Assembly (NCBI GenBank): GCA_012295275.1
Contig: CM022671.1
Location: 33,418,001 to 33,482,000, forward strand
Reading direction: 5' to 3'
DNA from: Chrysomallon squamiferum
Lineage: Eukaryota > Animalia > Mollusca
Length of the DNA: 64,000 nt
The notes under the pieces are model-generated. The model saw nothing but the letters and a program-made list of their open reading frames with translations, made no database searches and had not been told where the DNA came from. A program made the position numbers and the translations under genes. Positions within the stretch are counted from its first letter, which is position 1. Every line of letters begins with the position of its first letter. Below, in pieces: positions 24,925-40,880 of this stretch.

Positions 24925-26034
24925 TGATGATGATGATGATGATGATGATGATAAATAAATAAATAAATAAGTCTCTACTCTCTACATTTTAAACTGATTA
25001 TTACAGTTCTCGGAGAATTTATTAGCCGACTATTTTAATTTCTATGGGAGAAGAAAAGAATGAGCGAATTTTGTAATTTTTATTTTACAAACATCGCATA
25101 AACGGAGACATTATAATGATTGTTAACTTTCTGAAAGTGAAGATATTAATTTGTTTCAATAATGTTATGTCAGTTTATTATATTTGTTTCTAATACTGAT
25201 AACAGCAGAGTTGCGTATTATGAGATCGCCTTCGTACTGTTATAACGGGAGATAATTCTTACAAGCTTTGTCCGACTTGACGTACGAACTTTTATCGTTC
25301 TTGGTATGTTGCTTGGATTACTTGTTCTGAAATATTATTTTAAATAAATTGATACTCTACCATAAAAAAAAAAAAAAAATAAAATAACAAAATAGAATGA
25401 ATAATGATTTGGACAGATTTCATTCAGAGTTACTGTTCTTGCGGTTCTTAAGTTATTAATTAATGTTTTATCATGAATGCTCGTACCTCATTACAGTTAA
25501 TATACACGATTCATTTTAGAAAAAAAAAAAAATAACAAACAACAAACATTATTATTATTTATATTTATTTATTTAAATATTTATTTATTTATTGTGCGTG
25601 TCAGTTACAAAGTTGGACTCCGTATGTTTTATTTAACAACAACTGATCTATCATAACCACTGGTGCCATACTAGCCGACAGCTCTTGCTGATAAAAGATA
25701 CATTTCCTTTTGTACCTTCTTATAAACACAAAAACTGATATGACTAATACTGCATGCAGGTACAGAACATTTGTTGGAACTGAAAATCATTCAATCGGTG
25801 TAAAAAGAAAGGCGCAGCCTTTGATGTTTTGGATCATCTGCTGCTGTTGTTTCTTTGTTTCTGATATTTTAAAATTACTTTTTAATTATTATTTTTTTTA
25901 TTTATTTACTTTTTTCATTTTTATTTTTATTTTTATTTTTTTCAATTTTATTTACAATTAATACATCATTCCAGTAACAACAAACAACAGATTTGTAAAA
26001 GGTTAGATATACTTTAAACAGAAAAAGCTATTAA

Positions 26035-26048
26035 CACACAAACACACT

Positions 26049-26128
<80 letters not shown>
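26035..26128. repeat. (CA)n microsatellite
   Basis: Direct inspection. Confidence 0.95.
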
Positions 26129-26129
<1 letters not shown>

Positions 26130-29027
26130 TATATATCAGCCACAAATGACCGGTTGATGACGATGGACATATTAACGACAAAGGAAAGAAATAGAAGAGG
26201 TAAGACTGGAAAACACAGAGAGAGACATGTAACATAAGTATGTCAAAAGGTGGACACAATCTCTTACAATGCAAAATATTTTACCCATTTCTTTTTCTTT
26301 CTTTTTCTTTCTTTTTTCTTCTTTCCTTTTTCTTTTGTCAGAAAGGTAGTGTTCATTCGCAACTCATTTAGACACAGAAAACATTGTTCGAAATCACCAG
26401 TCTTTTGGAACTAATTGTTCTCAATAAAAGAATATATTATTTTTAATCAGTTACATTAATACAAGAAATAGAAAACCTTTCTGTTTTGTGGGGTTTTTTT
26501 GTGTTTTTATTTTGTGGTTTTTTTTTTTTTTTTTCAGATGAAATATAAACGTTCTTTAGTAAAAAAAAAAAATAATAATAATAATAATAATGTTGTAAAT
26601 ATTTACTTTAACAACATTAAATAATTCCAACAGTTATTTCACCCATTCCTCATTCCTTTAGAAATTTTTAATTTTTTAATTTTCATTTTTTATAAATATT
26701 TTGAACTAAAAAGGACTGAAAATTTCAGCCACAGAAAAAGAGAACAAGTGTCGATTTTTAGGTTCCTAACAACTGTAAAATCAATGGTCGCCTTTTGGAT
26801 GCTGAGTTAGCGACAGAAACATCCAGTGGCATGATTCAGATGCCGCGTTCTGCCCAGTAGATTGGCCACCTTTGCTCACATATGGTGCTCTGTGTCAATA
26901 TTGGATTTACTTGATGAAATTTCCGCTACATTTAAGTCAATTTTCCTACTCAGTTCATTAAAGAGCTGCAGATTGAAGAGTATTCCAATTTCGGGACGAC
27001 GGACGTGAAGACACTGTTGATGAGAAGTGAAGAGTTTACAAAGATGTTCTTGTGAATATCAGCATATTTGTTTTGTGAGACTTACGACCAAAATATCGTA
27101 TACTGCATGAATTTACAGTTTATTTTAGTTTAGTTTAGTCAACTTTACATTAGTTACTTTATTTTATTTTATTTTATTTTACTTTATTTTACTTAACTCT
27201 ACGTTATTTTACATTACTTTGGGTTTTTCTAGTTGTTTCTTTTTCTTTTTTTTCTTAGTAGAGTTCAGTTTTATTAACTCTGTGCAGTTCACTTATAATA
27301 GTTTCATTTTGTTTAAGTTCTGTAGTTTTTGTTTTGTTTTGTTTATTTATTAATAGTAATAGGTATCCATCTTTGGATTCGTGTGAGTGCGTGTATATGT
27401 GTATGTGTGCGTGAATGCATATGTGTGTTTTTGAGTGTTCGCTTCTGTGTGTCAGAGAAGGAGAGACAGAGAGACGGACAAATGAGAAAGAGTTATAACA
27501 GTGGAGGACATAAACTGTAAGGAAAGGATTATAATATTTAGAACTTTCTGAATTTCTTGTTTTACACCCAGTTTTCACAATCAAACACACAGTATTTAAA
27601 CCTCCACAGCTTAATGAAATATTTCTATTTTATTACTCTGTTCTTGCAAGTAATGAAGTGAAATGAATATTAAGCCGCCTTGTCCTATCAGTCAAACGTC
27701 TTCTTTATTTCATCATGGCGCCGTGTATTTCTGACTTATCTGCGACCTTTCATCAGACGTCATCTTGGAGAAATGGCGGCTCTCGAAGTTTCTTTGTGTT
27801 TGCTCAGTTTTATTTATGACTGTAACGGAAGGGGTCAGACAGACTTGTTTTTATGTTTGTTATTTACAATCGGGGAGTATTGACCGTTGCTATTCTTAGA
27901 TTACGATAATCCGGATTTGGTGCGTGACATTAAAAGAAGGTGATTAATTGATACCGCTTTCGTGAAATAAACTGAGTTGTAACACTGACGCTTCTGCACA
28001 GAAATATATAAAATACATTTTTTTCATTGATCGATAAAATAACCAGGTTTTTTAATATATTTATTTATTTATTTTTTTGGGGTCTATATTACTATTATTT
28101 CATCTTTAGATATATACAGCCTTTACTGTCATTGTTAGTATTAAGGTGGTTAACAGACCATCAATACTTTGATGTGACTATACCACTGCTATAACTACTA
28201 TTACTTCTAATGCTTCTACGTTTTTCATGCCATTAGCACTGCTACTACTTCTGCTGCGAACACCAGAACACTGCTACTACATACTACATACTAATACTAC
28301 GACTACCACCATCACCATTACAGCAGTTTAGCGCATTAGTTATAGTTTTAGTGGAAATAGTAGTAGTAGTAGTAATAGCAATAATAGTGTCAGTGTGATA
28401 GTAATTGTGGCAATTACAGAAGACGATACAGAAATAATAACAACAATGAAAGCCACAGAATGTACCTCCAGTCATTAGCTTTTTGATAGCTTTTTTATTA
28501 ACATAAAATAGAAAAGACCAAGAGCAGCACTAACAACACTAGAGGGGCCTATAATAACAATAACAAATTAAATACTTAGCTGAACCAAGTAAAATTACAG
28601 TTGATTCCTAACGAATGCATTAATTCCAGAATCTAGACTGTTACCATTACAATGTTCACATTTTTTCCCAATTTCGTGTCCCTCGCAATATTTTATCGCC
28701 GTTTTACATGCATTTTCATCTCGTGATCAAACGCGATTAAGATGAAACAAAATTCGCGCTGCAGAAGAAAGCCGCTTTAATAACAGACGACATCCGTCGA
28801 GAAAATTCGTGACAATCATTTCTGGATGACATAGAAGCGTTAAAGAAGTGACTCTTTCATTAATTCATAAACGAACCGTCCGAATGACAGAACCAAATGA
28901 TGATTAGCAGGACAAAATAATAATTGGTCGAAGGTCATTCAGTCTATTAGAGGATTCGTGAGAATTAACGCGAAGATTTGAAAATTTCTTACAAAACCGA
29001 ACGGGTCTCTGCAAAAATTCTAACACA

Positions 29028-29075
<48 letters not shown>

Positions 29076-30437
29076 TGTTTGTTTATTTATTTGTTTGCTT
29101 GGTTGTTTGTTTATATACAAATTAGAATCCTATATTATTACTTCTTTTACCGTTGTTTATATATATATGTGTGTTTTGTTATGTATGTATGCACGTATGT
29201 ATGTATGTGTGGATGTCTGGATATGTGCATGTATATATGTATGTATGAATGTATGTATGTGTGTGTGTGTGTGTTTGTATGCATGTATGTGCGTATGTAT
29301 GCTGTGTGTGTGTTTATGCATCTGTGTCAGTGTGTATGGGTAGTGTGAGTATATATTTGTTCGTGTGTGCATGTTCTGTGTGTGTGGGTGTGTGGGTGTT
29401 TCAAGAAATATTTTAAAATCTAAGGACCCATCACTGTGTATGATAATATGAAATATTAAATCAGAGACAAATAACGGAAATATTAACTGTAATACTCTGA
29501 AATTGTAGAGAATAATCCGGGAAACAACAACAACAACAACAAAACAAAAATAAAAAATAAAAAATAAAAAATAAAAATAAAAATGATGAAGAATAAGAAG
29601 AAGACGAAAGAATGAAAACATCCTTATGAATTATGAACCAAATCTCACATCAGAATGCAAACCGGTGTAATAATGTTTTTTTCTCCTGTGATCATCAGTG
29701 CCATAATTCTCAGTGAAATTCCTGTCAACTTTATTGCCTTCATGTCTGTATGATCAATATCCACAAACACTTGCGTCTACGTTTTGATAGCCAACGCAAT
29801 TATGTAGACACGCATTTGATCATATCTCTGTATCTCGCTGGAACTGTTTTCATAGCAGAGAAAATAAATGAGATCCCGAAGACATCGTAAGCATGAACGG
29901 TTCCAGAAGAGACGCAGTACAAGCCGTAGGATTAATTTCTCATCATAGAGATGGATATGTTGGGATTTTTTTTCTTTTGCAGCAGCGTCGCAGCCTGGTA
30001 AATATTTATACGTGTGTTTGATTTTCAAAACAAGAAATTAGTCTTCGTGGCTGAGGATTTATGTGATGAATGTCTGACATCAGCTGCTTGTCATCTCTGT
30101 TTGCTGTTTTTGTCGAAATGGGATATTATGTTTTAACTGTAATATGTTACTATGGCAAGCATAATAGTGGCGGTAGAAGCAACAATAATAATAATACTGG
30201 TGTAAGTACTAGTATGTGTCAGTGTATATATAATCTACATATATACTGTGTGTATATTTGTTATATTTAAATACATACACACCTATCTACAATGATACAT
30301 TTTACATACAGACACATACCTAATACACATGAACATATATGCAAAGGTCGGACGCAGACATACATACATATATAAAACAATTGCACGCAGACACACACTA
30401 AAAAAATACACACGTCCAAGCAAAGGCTGCATGGAGA

Positions 30438-30564
30438 CACACACACACACACACACACATGTACAAACACACATACATACATACATACATACATACATAC
30501 ATACACATACATACATACATACATACATACATACATACATACATACATACATACATACATACAT
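30438..30564. repeat. (CA)n/(TACA)n compound microsatellite
   Basis: Direct inspection. Confidence 0.93.
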
Positions 30565-31140
30565 AAACTAATCTGCAGCAGCAACAGTTATCCCGGTGGT
30601 AATAATATAGTAGTAATAGTAATAACAGTAGCAACCTGCAGAATTATTATTATTACTGTCGTCATTTTCAGTGATGGTGGTAACGGTGGTTGTAGTAGTA
30701 GTGCTAGTAGTAGTAATTATAGAAACCGTATCAGCGACAACAGCTGTAGTTACATGATTAAAACATTTCTTTGAAAATAAACCAAATATTGGAAATTAAG
30801 AACTATCAAGTTTTTTTTAGCTGATGTTTGTGATGTGTGTACGTACGACTGTGTGTTTGTGGGTTGTAATAACGATTTCAATCAGACATTTCTGTCAGTG
30901 GTATCAGGCAGTAATCCGGTTCTCGCTTCTCGGCACGCGATTTCACATTAACTTTTATATCAGAGCCGACGCGTTGTTTCCGATTCTGGAAATCAGAGAT
31001 GTCGACAAGACGCGCGCCTAGCACTGAGTCAATAATTACCAGTACCTTGTTCTTCCTTTGATTAACTCCTGTCCATGCCCACAGGGGCTTAGAGTGTCTT
31101 TCACCCAGTCCTCTATAATATCAACGAGATCATAGGTCAG

Positions 31141-31270
31141 TTATTTTATTTTATTTTATTTTATTTTATTTTATTTTATTTTATTTTATTTTATTTTATT
31201 TTACTTTATTTTATTTTTATTTTATTTATTTATTTATTTTATTTTATTTTATTTTATTTTATTTATTTAT
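31141..31270. repeat. (TTTTA)n microsatellite
   Basis: Direct inspection. Confidence 0.92.
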
Positions 31271-31357
31271 TATAAGTATTACTTTTTTCTTTTTATCTGT
31301 CTAATGTATTTCGGAATTTTAAAATTTTGCTTACTGTTGTTGCTGTTATTATTATTG

Positions 31358-31398
<41 letters not shown>

Positions 31399-32740
31399 GT
31401 CTTTCATTTTCTATTACTTTATTTTTGATATCACTGCTCTTATTTATGTATTATTTGTCTTCTTTTTCATTGTGTTAAAGATTTATTTTCTTGATTGAAC
31501 GAATTTTTTTTTTTTCTCTATTTTTTTTTAAAAAGTTTTCTAACTTCCTTTTCGTTTTTAAAGTGTCCCATTTCACTCGTTAATTTTGACAAATGCACAC
31601 AGGACGCTGGTGCTCCGACCCGGAGGGTGGAAAATCCCATGACAAATCAATCTTTATTTTTTTTCCTCTTTTCTTCTTTTTTTTTTTCAGTTACTGCGTT
31701 CAAACGTTTGTCGATGCCTCCTTATTGCAGTGTGATTGTGCAAACACGAATAACAACGAATGAAATTTGTTGCCGACATTCCTTCACTTGGGAACGACAA
31801 TGAGGATGATGAAAACTGTGTAAGAGTGCGAGCTGAACGTCTGTGATTATCACTGATGTAGCCTGCAATTACAAGACTGCCAACGAGGTGTCTGAAGTCT
31901 TGTTATTTCAAGATTTTAATACTGGATTTTTTTATAAGTAAGTCATTTTATAATAACTGTATTTGTTATTGTTATTGTTGTTGTTGTTGATACTGTTACT
32001 ATTTTGTTGTTGTGTTTTGTTGTTCTTATTATTAATCTTGTTGATGCTGTTTTTGCTGTTATTACTGTCGTCATAATTATTATCATTTTCGTCATTTTAA
32101 TTACGATCATCATCAGCATCATTATCATTATGTGTTTGGTTTTTTTCAGTTTTGTTTTGTTAAAGTTGTTCTTCATTCGTTTTCTTTTCATTTTTAACAT
32201 CATATCACCACCACACAACCATCACTGGGTCAACTACTACTAACAACAAAATAAGAACATCAACAACAACAACAACAATAATAGTAATAATAAGAAACCG
32301 AATTAATAGACAGGATTAGCAATGTAATGACACTTTGTTCTGTACTTCTTATTTTCATTTTTTTCTTCTTTATTTTTTTTTTTTTTTCAGTTTTGCGTTC
32401 AGAAATTTTTTATCATTTATTTTTACTGATTATATTTCATTAATAACTGATTTCTACAATTTTCGTTTCTTTACTTGATTAAAGAAAATGCTCTCGGAAA
32501 AAACATAAATCTACACAAAAATGGATTAACATCATTACATGTTTAGTGTATTGTGTTTTTATTCCATTTTTAAATCACAGAAGTAGAATCTAAAATTTAA
32601 AATCCCCCTGTTTTTACAACATAAAAGCATTTGAAGATATAACCCTGCTGAAATTCCAGTTTTGTTTGTTTGTTTGTTTGTTTGTTTGTTAAACCTTCAG
32701 TATTTCTGTTTAATAACAGCTGCGTGATAAGACGTAGAAC

Positions 32741-32789
<49 letters not shown>

Positions 32790-33399
32790 GCAGTTGTACT
32801 AGTACTAGAAGCGATAATAACACAAAAATATCAATAATCAGCAACTTAGGCCTATGAGTTTATAAACTAACATCAGAGAACTATATGAAAAAGCTGCAAA
32901 TACAGTTTTAAATTATTTATTTATTTATTTATTTATCTATTTATTTGTTTGTTTTAAATATAAAATTAACTAAAATCTGCTTACGAACCTAATTTTGTTT
33001 CGTTGACTTTTTCATATGATATCGAGACAATGAAAGACCCGGAAGACCTACTTTGTAAAACCGTTGAAGTACTTAATTGGCTTTGACAGCCATGTTTTGC
33101 GTTCTGCGTCTCAACCGTTTGTCAAAAGCGTTTTTATGAGTCAAGGTCGTTTCTATTTTCTCGTGAATCGGAAGCACAATTTGAACAAATCAAGTATATA
33201 TATCAGCATATCTACCCAATAACAGTATAGTAAGAAACAAAATTATTGGCTAAATGACTAAGCTCAGATGTGAGTTGAATGGACGTATGTCGTGCTGGAT
33301 CGGATAAAAACTAATCAGCAGCTGAGGTGCCAGTGGATGGTTTGGAGGGTTCTGGCTTTTGCATGATGTACATTATAAGTAAAAATAGGGAGTTCTTGT

Positions 33400-33445
<46 letters not shown>

Positions 33446-33818
33446 GTATATATATGTATATAATCCTGAAGTCAAATTTTGCTACAAGACTGCAACCGCA
33501 ATCGGCTCGTCTATTCTGTATGTAGATGGAATTTCAGAGTAACCGCAGAAATTAACATCATTAACAAGTAACTGTTAAAAGCATCACAGTGATTTAAGGT
33601 AATGTTACTTTCTAAAAGGTAAAAAAATGAATTAACTTTTACTATAGCTATAAATTATAAAAAACAAGCTTCGGCTGCGGAAGTTTGAAAACAACAACAC
33701 AGAAGCAAAACATGGTTATATAAGGTTTCTTAACATTGATAATTTTTGTGGCAGCATTACAAGTTAGCACGTATTTTTATTATTTCTTTCTTCTTTTTTT
33801 TTTTTAATTATCTTGTCT

Positions 33819-33887
<69 letters not shown>

Positions 33888-33906
33888 AAGAAGAAGAAGA
33901 AGAAGA
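33819..33906. repeat. (TAA)n(GAA)n compound microsatellite
   Basis: Direct inspection. Confidence 0.93.
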
Positions 33907-36563
33907 AAAGAACACATCTAAATTAAATTTTAAAACTGAATATTTTTCATGCAGGCCACGGGTTTGACCTGTAGCGGTATAGAATTGCCTTTAATAATTT
34001 ATAACCTGGCTATCAACAAGAGAAGGGAGGAATCAGCGTTTTTTCTCTTTCTTTCTTGTTTTGATTTTTCCTGTAGATATCCAACACACACGGGAATCAT
34101 CCATCAGTCAAAGCAGGCGAACAAAAAGATGCTATAGTGTCCCGAAAAAAGCAGACAAAATCTGGACAAATTTGCCACGTGCGTCCACTTTTGTTCAGTA
34201 CCGTACACAAAAGAAAGTCGCCGGTCGTTCGTTAATAACAGTTGTGCTTTAATACAAGGGCACCAGTCTATTGGCAAATCAAGTTGTCTAGAGAAAGTAG
34301 CATCTGCTTTTAGAGGCGGTCGCTTGTGTCGTCATTAAATTCGCGAGAAGATGCACTCGAAGGAAAAAAATCATTCTGTCACCAGTGGTTGATGCAGACG
34401 ACAGGAAACGAGATATTTCAACCGGAAGGATACGTTGAGATGCGGCTTTGCACGAGGAAAACGGTAACTCATTTGTTTCTCTGTACGAGTGTCGTCTGGT
34501 CTCGTAGATTTATTTTGTCTAAGAGCAAATGGATATTTCTGGTTCGACATCGTTAGTTCTTTCTTAGTTTTATTTTATTTATTTATTTATATTTTTTTGT
34601 CCTGAGAACGTTGGTATAGGTTTGCTTCTTTTATTAGAAATAATTATTTAATCGTGAAAAAGCGCGAGAAAAAGATAAAAATAGCTAGCTAGATAAATAG
34701 ATATAAAGATACATATATGTATTGTTTGACAGATGAATGGTGAGACAAATAAATATATACCTTTATAGTAAATATAATAGTTTCCCTACATCTGTCACTA
34801 CTACTACTACTATATCACATCTGATTTGCTATTTCATACAATTCGGACATTAAAATTAATAACAATAAAAATAATAATAACAACGCAACAGCAACTACAG
34901 TTAAAATAATACTATACTAACTAATAATAATATTATAATGGTGACAAACAATGATATATTTGGTATAATTATTTTTCACAAATGTTATTACTGCTCCTAA
35001 TGATGCTTCTGATTGCTGTTATATATATCGCTTATAATTCGCAAAAGATCAAATGCAATGGTGACACCTCAAATACATCAAAAGTACGTATTTCACCACT
35101 CGTTGTGTGAGCGTAAAAGTTATATTCTGTTCATTAATTAAAGAATATAGGTGATTGTTTGTATGTGCCTTAGGTATTGGTTTTTTCTTTCTAGTTTAAA
35201 TACATTTTATTAATCGTTCAAGTGACTGTTATATTTTATATAACAGTAACTAAATATTATTTTTTTATACACCAACAAATGATCGCTTTATTAGTTAGTT
35301 TTTTTTTTTTTTTTTTTTTTGTTGTTGTTGTTGTTTTGTTTAAACTAGCTACTGCTAATAAGAGAGTATGAAAAAACAAATAATGATTCGGTGAATGCAT
35401 TTGATTCTTCTTTCTTGCATAGTGACTAAAACTGACTCTCTCTCTCTCTCTCTCTCTGGGTGTCTGTCTCTCTTTTTCTCTCTCTCTCTTCCTCTCTCTC
35501 TCTTTTTTTCTCTCTCCGTCTGTCTCCCATCCCTCTAATTTATTGTTTTTATTTATTTAATCTTTTCTATCTTTGTATTTCTATTTTCCTTATAATTATT
35601 TTTCCCTTCATCATTGTTTTCATTGTCATCATAATCTTCAATGTCAATGTAAATTTCTTAAAAAAGAGAAAAAAAAAGAAGATATAATAATTATAATAAT
35701 CATCATAATTGCATGACGCATCTAACTTTATATCTAAATGTAATCAAAACCTATCAATTTATTTATGAATTAAATTTAGTGTAATAACAATTGATTTCAA
35801 CCAGCACATGTTATCATATGCTGGGGTCAGAGGTCACACGTGAACATGAAGTGCTGGAGGCACTGATGCTCACGATAATTGTATCCGTCGTCAAAATTAA
35901 TTCATGCGTGAGATGGCGGCATTTCAACTAATTGAATCGCATATCCGTGATAATCCCGACGACTTAGGCCACGCATCAATGATCGTACATTCGCGAGAAC
36001 CGTCGTCAACAGAATTTGAAGATTTTATTATTATTATTATTATTATTTATTGTTATTAATTGTTATTATTGTTGTTGTTGTTGTCGTCATCGTTGTTGTT
36101 TATATTAATCATACTGTCCAGCTTAACGTATATTCAAGTAAGATGATGTTTATTTGCGAGCACAGGCAGGAAATACAAATAATTAATCTGGTTTAAAACG
36201 TCTTATACATTAATCCTTTGCACTGATTAATTACAAAATTTGACTTGAAATTAGAAAAATGTAATATTTCTTAATATTCTAAGACATCTTTCTTTTCTTG
36301 AAAGTGAAGTGGAATTATTAGTATTGTTGTTGTTGTTGTTGTTGTGGTCGTCGTTGTTGTTGTTATTTTAAATGTTACTATTGTTTCAAATTAGTTATAT
36401 TGCCATATACGTAAATATTTAGAGAAAATGAGAAAGAAAGAGAAAAAGGAAAACGAATGAGCAGAATATGAAATAATAAACGAAGAAGAAGAAAGAAAAG
36501 AAAGAAAAGAAAGAAATAAAAAAATAACGTTTTAAGAACCATGTAATTGATGCTGATTATAGC

Positions 36564-36566
<3 letters not shown>

Positions 36567-36635
<69 letters not shown>
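36567..36635. repeat. (AG)n microsatellite
   Basis: Direct inspection. Confidence 0.95.
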
Positions 36636-36638
<3 letters not shown>

Positions 36639-37512
36639 TAAATAATATATCCATAACGTGTTAAAAATTAAACTGAAGTCTTGTAAGACAGAAAATCTTG
36701 AATACTGCCTGTCTTCTTTGTAAAAGAAACACATTTTAAATATTTAATGAATTGTTCAAATTCTTTTACCAAGATGTCTCTAAGAATTATATGCAAGAAC
36801 AAAAACTACATAGCGGGCACGGTCTTAGAATTAATAAGTAGTATATTTTTAATTCATTCGGCTGAAATTTAAAATTTTCATAGAAGCAATGATATACATT
36901 CTGTGTTTTATTTCGATTTTGATTCATAAACATTCATTTGTAATAACACAGGACATTTTCAGTTTTCCATCACTCGTGATTTCGGGTTTTACGACTTTAT
37001 GTAAAATACTTCGATTTATGACAGCGTACGAAGAAACATTACGAAGAATACTTTGGTTTACGATGACAAACGAACTAACTTTACACATTTACGACAACAC
37101 GTAAAGTAACGTAACATGGACTGTTTCGATTTAAGAAGACGTACGAACAGCAACGTAGCACCGAAGTCCAAGACGGTATTAAAAGCTCGCGCATTTCAAC
37201 TGATATTGAATGGTATCTGCTGCACGTAACTCACTTCCTATCAAACAGACAAAATTTCAATTCTTATTAATTCGCTGTAAAACTAAGCAGATACGTCCGT
37301 CCTTTGAACGCGCCAGTAACCAGATCCTCCTGGGCATGCGCAAGCTGCGAGCTGGCACTCGGGACAACACAAAGAAAAAAAATAAACCAATTTTCATCTG
37401 TCAGATGGCTGCACGCGATTGTTGACCTCTTTTAGTGGAATATAGTTTCTGAAAGAGTATTTATATTTAGAAAGTTTGAAAGCTTACTGTTAAAAAAAAA
37501 AAAAATAAAAAA

Positions 37513-37555
<43 letters not shown>

Positions 37556-38862
37556 TAGTACTACTACTACTACTACTACTACTACTAATAATAATAATAA
37601 TAATAATTAAATAATTAAATAAATTAAAATAATAAACGAGAGAAAGTTGCGGAGTAATAAAAGTATATTATTAGACAGACACAGTTTGAGACAGAAATGT
37701 AGGTAGATCCAGGATCATGTGGAAAACAGTTAGACAGTCAGACAGATACATTTATAGCAACACAGGTTTTTTTTTTTTCTCTTTTTTAGAATAAAATGTA
37801 CAAGTCTAGAATAACTGATGAATGACCGAGTTGATTGAGAGAAAAATATACTTCATTTGTAGCGACAGATATTAGAATAAAAATAAATGTTAAAAAAAAA
37901 ATTAATCGCAAGACAAAATAATAAAAAATTTAAATACAAACAAACCCAACCTCCCCCCAAAAAACCCACACACACTCTAAACCAGAAACGATAGATATAT
38001 TCATTTTCATATAATATTAAATTAAACAGAATTAAAAGTCTTCGAAACATGCGACAACAAAATAATAATATAAATAAAAATTTCAATTAAAAAAATAAAT
38101 AAAATAAAATAAATAGATAAATTAATTAATAAATAAATAAAATACTGAGACTTAAGTTTAAATAGTATTGTCAAATCTTGATAAACACATTTAGCTAGAC
38201 GAGTGTAACCAAAGAATAAAGCAAAACAACAATATAAATCACAACACATCGACATACTCTTATTACCAATATACAGAAACAACAATGAAAAAAAGAAAAA
38301 GAAAAACAGAAGATTTTTTACATACAGAATTACTTACACGCGATTTGAAATATTATACAAACACAGACACAAATCATGCGAAATTCAGGTATTGGAATAA
38401 TAAAGATTCTTTTCTGTGATAACATTAAACATTTTTTTATTTCTTCTATATTTTAATACTCTCATAACTTACTATATTAATAATATTTTATTCTGCTCCG
38501 CTATTATCAAATTTTCCTTCCTTCTTCTGATTCAGTCATACATTGACTTATTCGCTCATTCATTTATTCGATCTTTCATTCATTCATTTATATGCAGTAT
38601 TACGCATTGGTTAAAAACTCGGCTATTTGCCAGTATTCGTGTCTGTATAAAAAGACTATCAGAATTCAGTGTTTGAATTCGAGCCAAAGGTTGTCAGCAC
38701 TGAAAAAAAGCAGATGTCATTTGAAGTCGATGTTCATGTGGAAGAATATTACATCTGAATTTATCTAGTTAAAACGAAAACTTCTTGAATTCAGTGTTTT
38801 GTTCATAAACTACGAATGAACTTATGGATAATATTTTAATGACTCTTCAACATGTTAATATA

Positions 38863-38902
<40 letters not shown>

Positions 38903-39057
38903 TGAGTGTGTGTTTACTATGATAACATAAGAGACAGGAAGCTCGCTATCAACAGACCAAGGGCTCGTATATTCATTTCATCTAGAAAAGAAATTCTATC
39001 TTTTCGACGTGTTAGGCTGATAACAACCGCAAATTGTTACAATTATAGGGTTACAAA

Positions 39058-39061
39058 CAAA

Positions 39062-39108
<47 letters not shown>

Positions 39109-39110
39109 AA

Positions 39111-39153
<43 letters not shown>
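39058..39153. repeat. (AAAT)n microsatellite
   Basis: Direct inspection. Confidence 0.93.
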
Positions 39154-40064
39154 AAATAATAAAAGAAATCCTAAATAAAACAAACGAAAAATAACTAAAA
39201 TCTTCGGCCGAGAAATGTTCAGGCACGCCTACTGGGGACACGACTTATTTCAGAAAGTATAATACAAGCTGGAATGAGAAATAATATAACATCTGAAATG
39301 CAAATAAAGAGAACTGCGTCTTGGCTTATCTGTCTTTTTAATTAAACTAGATATTTATTAACACACGATTCCTGTACATCTGCTTTTGGCGTATGATTTG
39401 ACCTAGGCCAACGGCTGACCATTTCATTAGAGCATAATAATTTGTAATATATTCTTTCTATATATCTGTCTAAATATGCCTGTCTGTCTGTCTCTCTGTA
39501 TATAAATGTAGTCATATTTCAAAGTATTATGAATAATTATGTCGAAGATGTCTTTCTTCAGTGAAAACATATTTGAGATCAACAAACTCTAAACTGAACC
39601 ACCTTGAACCTCGCCTGATTGCATTAATTGATTCCACAAGTACACTTACCTACAGCAGTAAGTCTCATGCATATTTGACAGATCAGTCTCTCCCGAGTAT
39701 TTAATAAAACAACGTTCCAGGATTGAAAAAGAAAACTATTAACGTACATAAATAATGAAGCTGAAGCTTAGAGCAAGCTTAAGATCGCAGTGTATTTGCA
39801 AATCTTTTACGCCTCTATGTGTCCGCCTTTTTCATGATAGAAAAGAAATATTTTGTATGAAAACTATTTTAAGGAAAACAAATAATTTTTTTTTTTTTAG
39901 CACGTATCTATACCATCCCATAATGGAAAAATAATCACCATGATTGAAAATATGATTATATTTAATTAATTTTCGTTAAAAACGACTGAAGTTAACTGAC
40001 TGATTTACATGTAACGATGAAATTATATTATATCACGAAAGAACGAAAATCATATTACGAGAGC

Positions 40065-40067
<3 letters not shown>

Positions 40068-40108
<41 letters not shown>

Positions 40109-40371
40109 AAGATGAGGAAAAAAGAGAAATAAGGAATGGAAAAAGAAAAAAAGTCAACCCCAAAACCCATTAATAACGAAAAGGGGAAAAAAAGAAGAAA
40201 AGAAAATTACGTCACGCATCCTCTCTTGAGATTCACAAACGCAATTTCGATCGTTAATCAAATGATATTCGGTGTTCTGCGACCAGTCTAGGTACCAGTA
40301 AAAATCAACCAGACCGAAAAGATCTGAACCCAGTCTAATTATAGTCATTAAAATGAGTTCGTAGATTCTTC

Positions 40372-40464
<93 letters not shown>

Positions 40465-40668
40465 ATGTTTATCTATATTTAGAATTACCTGCCAGTTTTT
40501 GTTTATTTAGTTCTTTTTAACTCTTTTTTTTTAAAATTATCTCTTCAGCTTGTATTCTTCACCTCAGTATATCTCTTTGTTTCTCTGTGTTTTAGTAATA
40601 ACTTACTAATACCGTCTCTCTATCGATATCCATTCATGCTCATCTATTAGCGATTTGACTCAGCACAT

Positions 40669-40743
<75 letters not shown>

Positions 40744-40816
40744 CTCTTTTGACTCCCATTTGCCCATTCATTCTGTGGTATAATCTTCGTTATTATTATT
40801 GCTATCATCATCATGG

Positions 40817-40850
<34 letters not shown>

Positions 40851-40880
40851 TATTGCTATTATTATTATTATTATTATTTT
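40068..40880. repeat. Cluster of (GA)n, (CT)n x2, (CAT)n and (TAT)n microsatellites
   Basis: Runs at ~40068-40105, 40374-40461, 40671-40739 and 40804-40878. Confidence 0.9.
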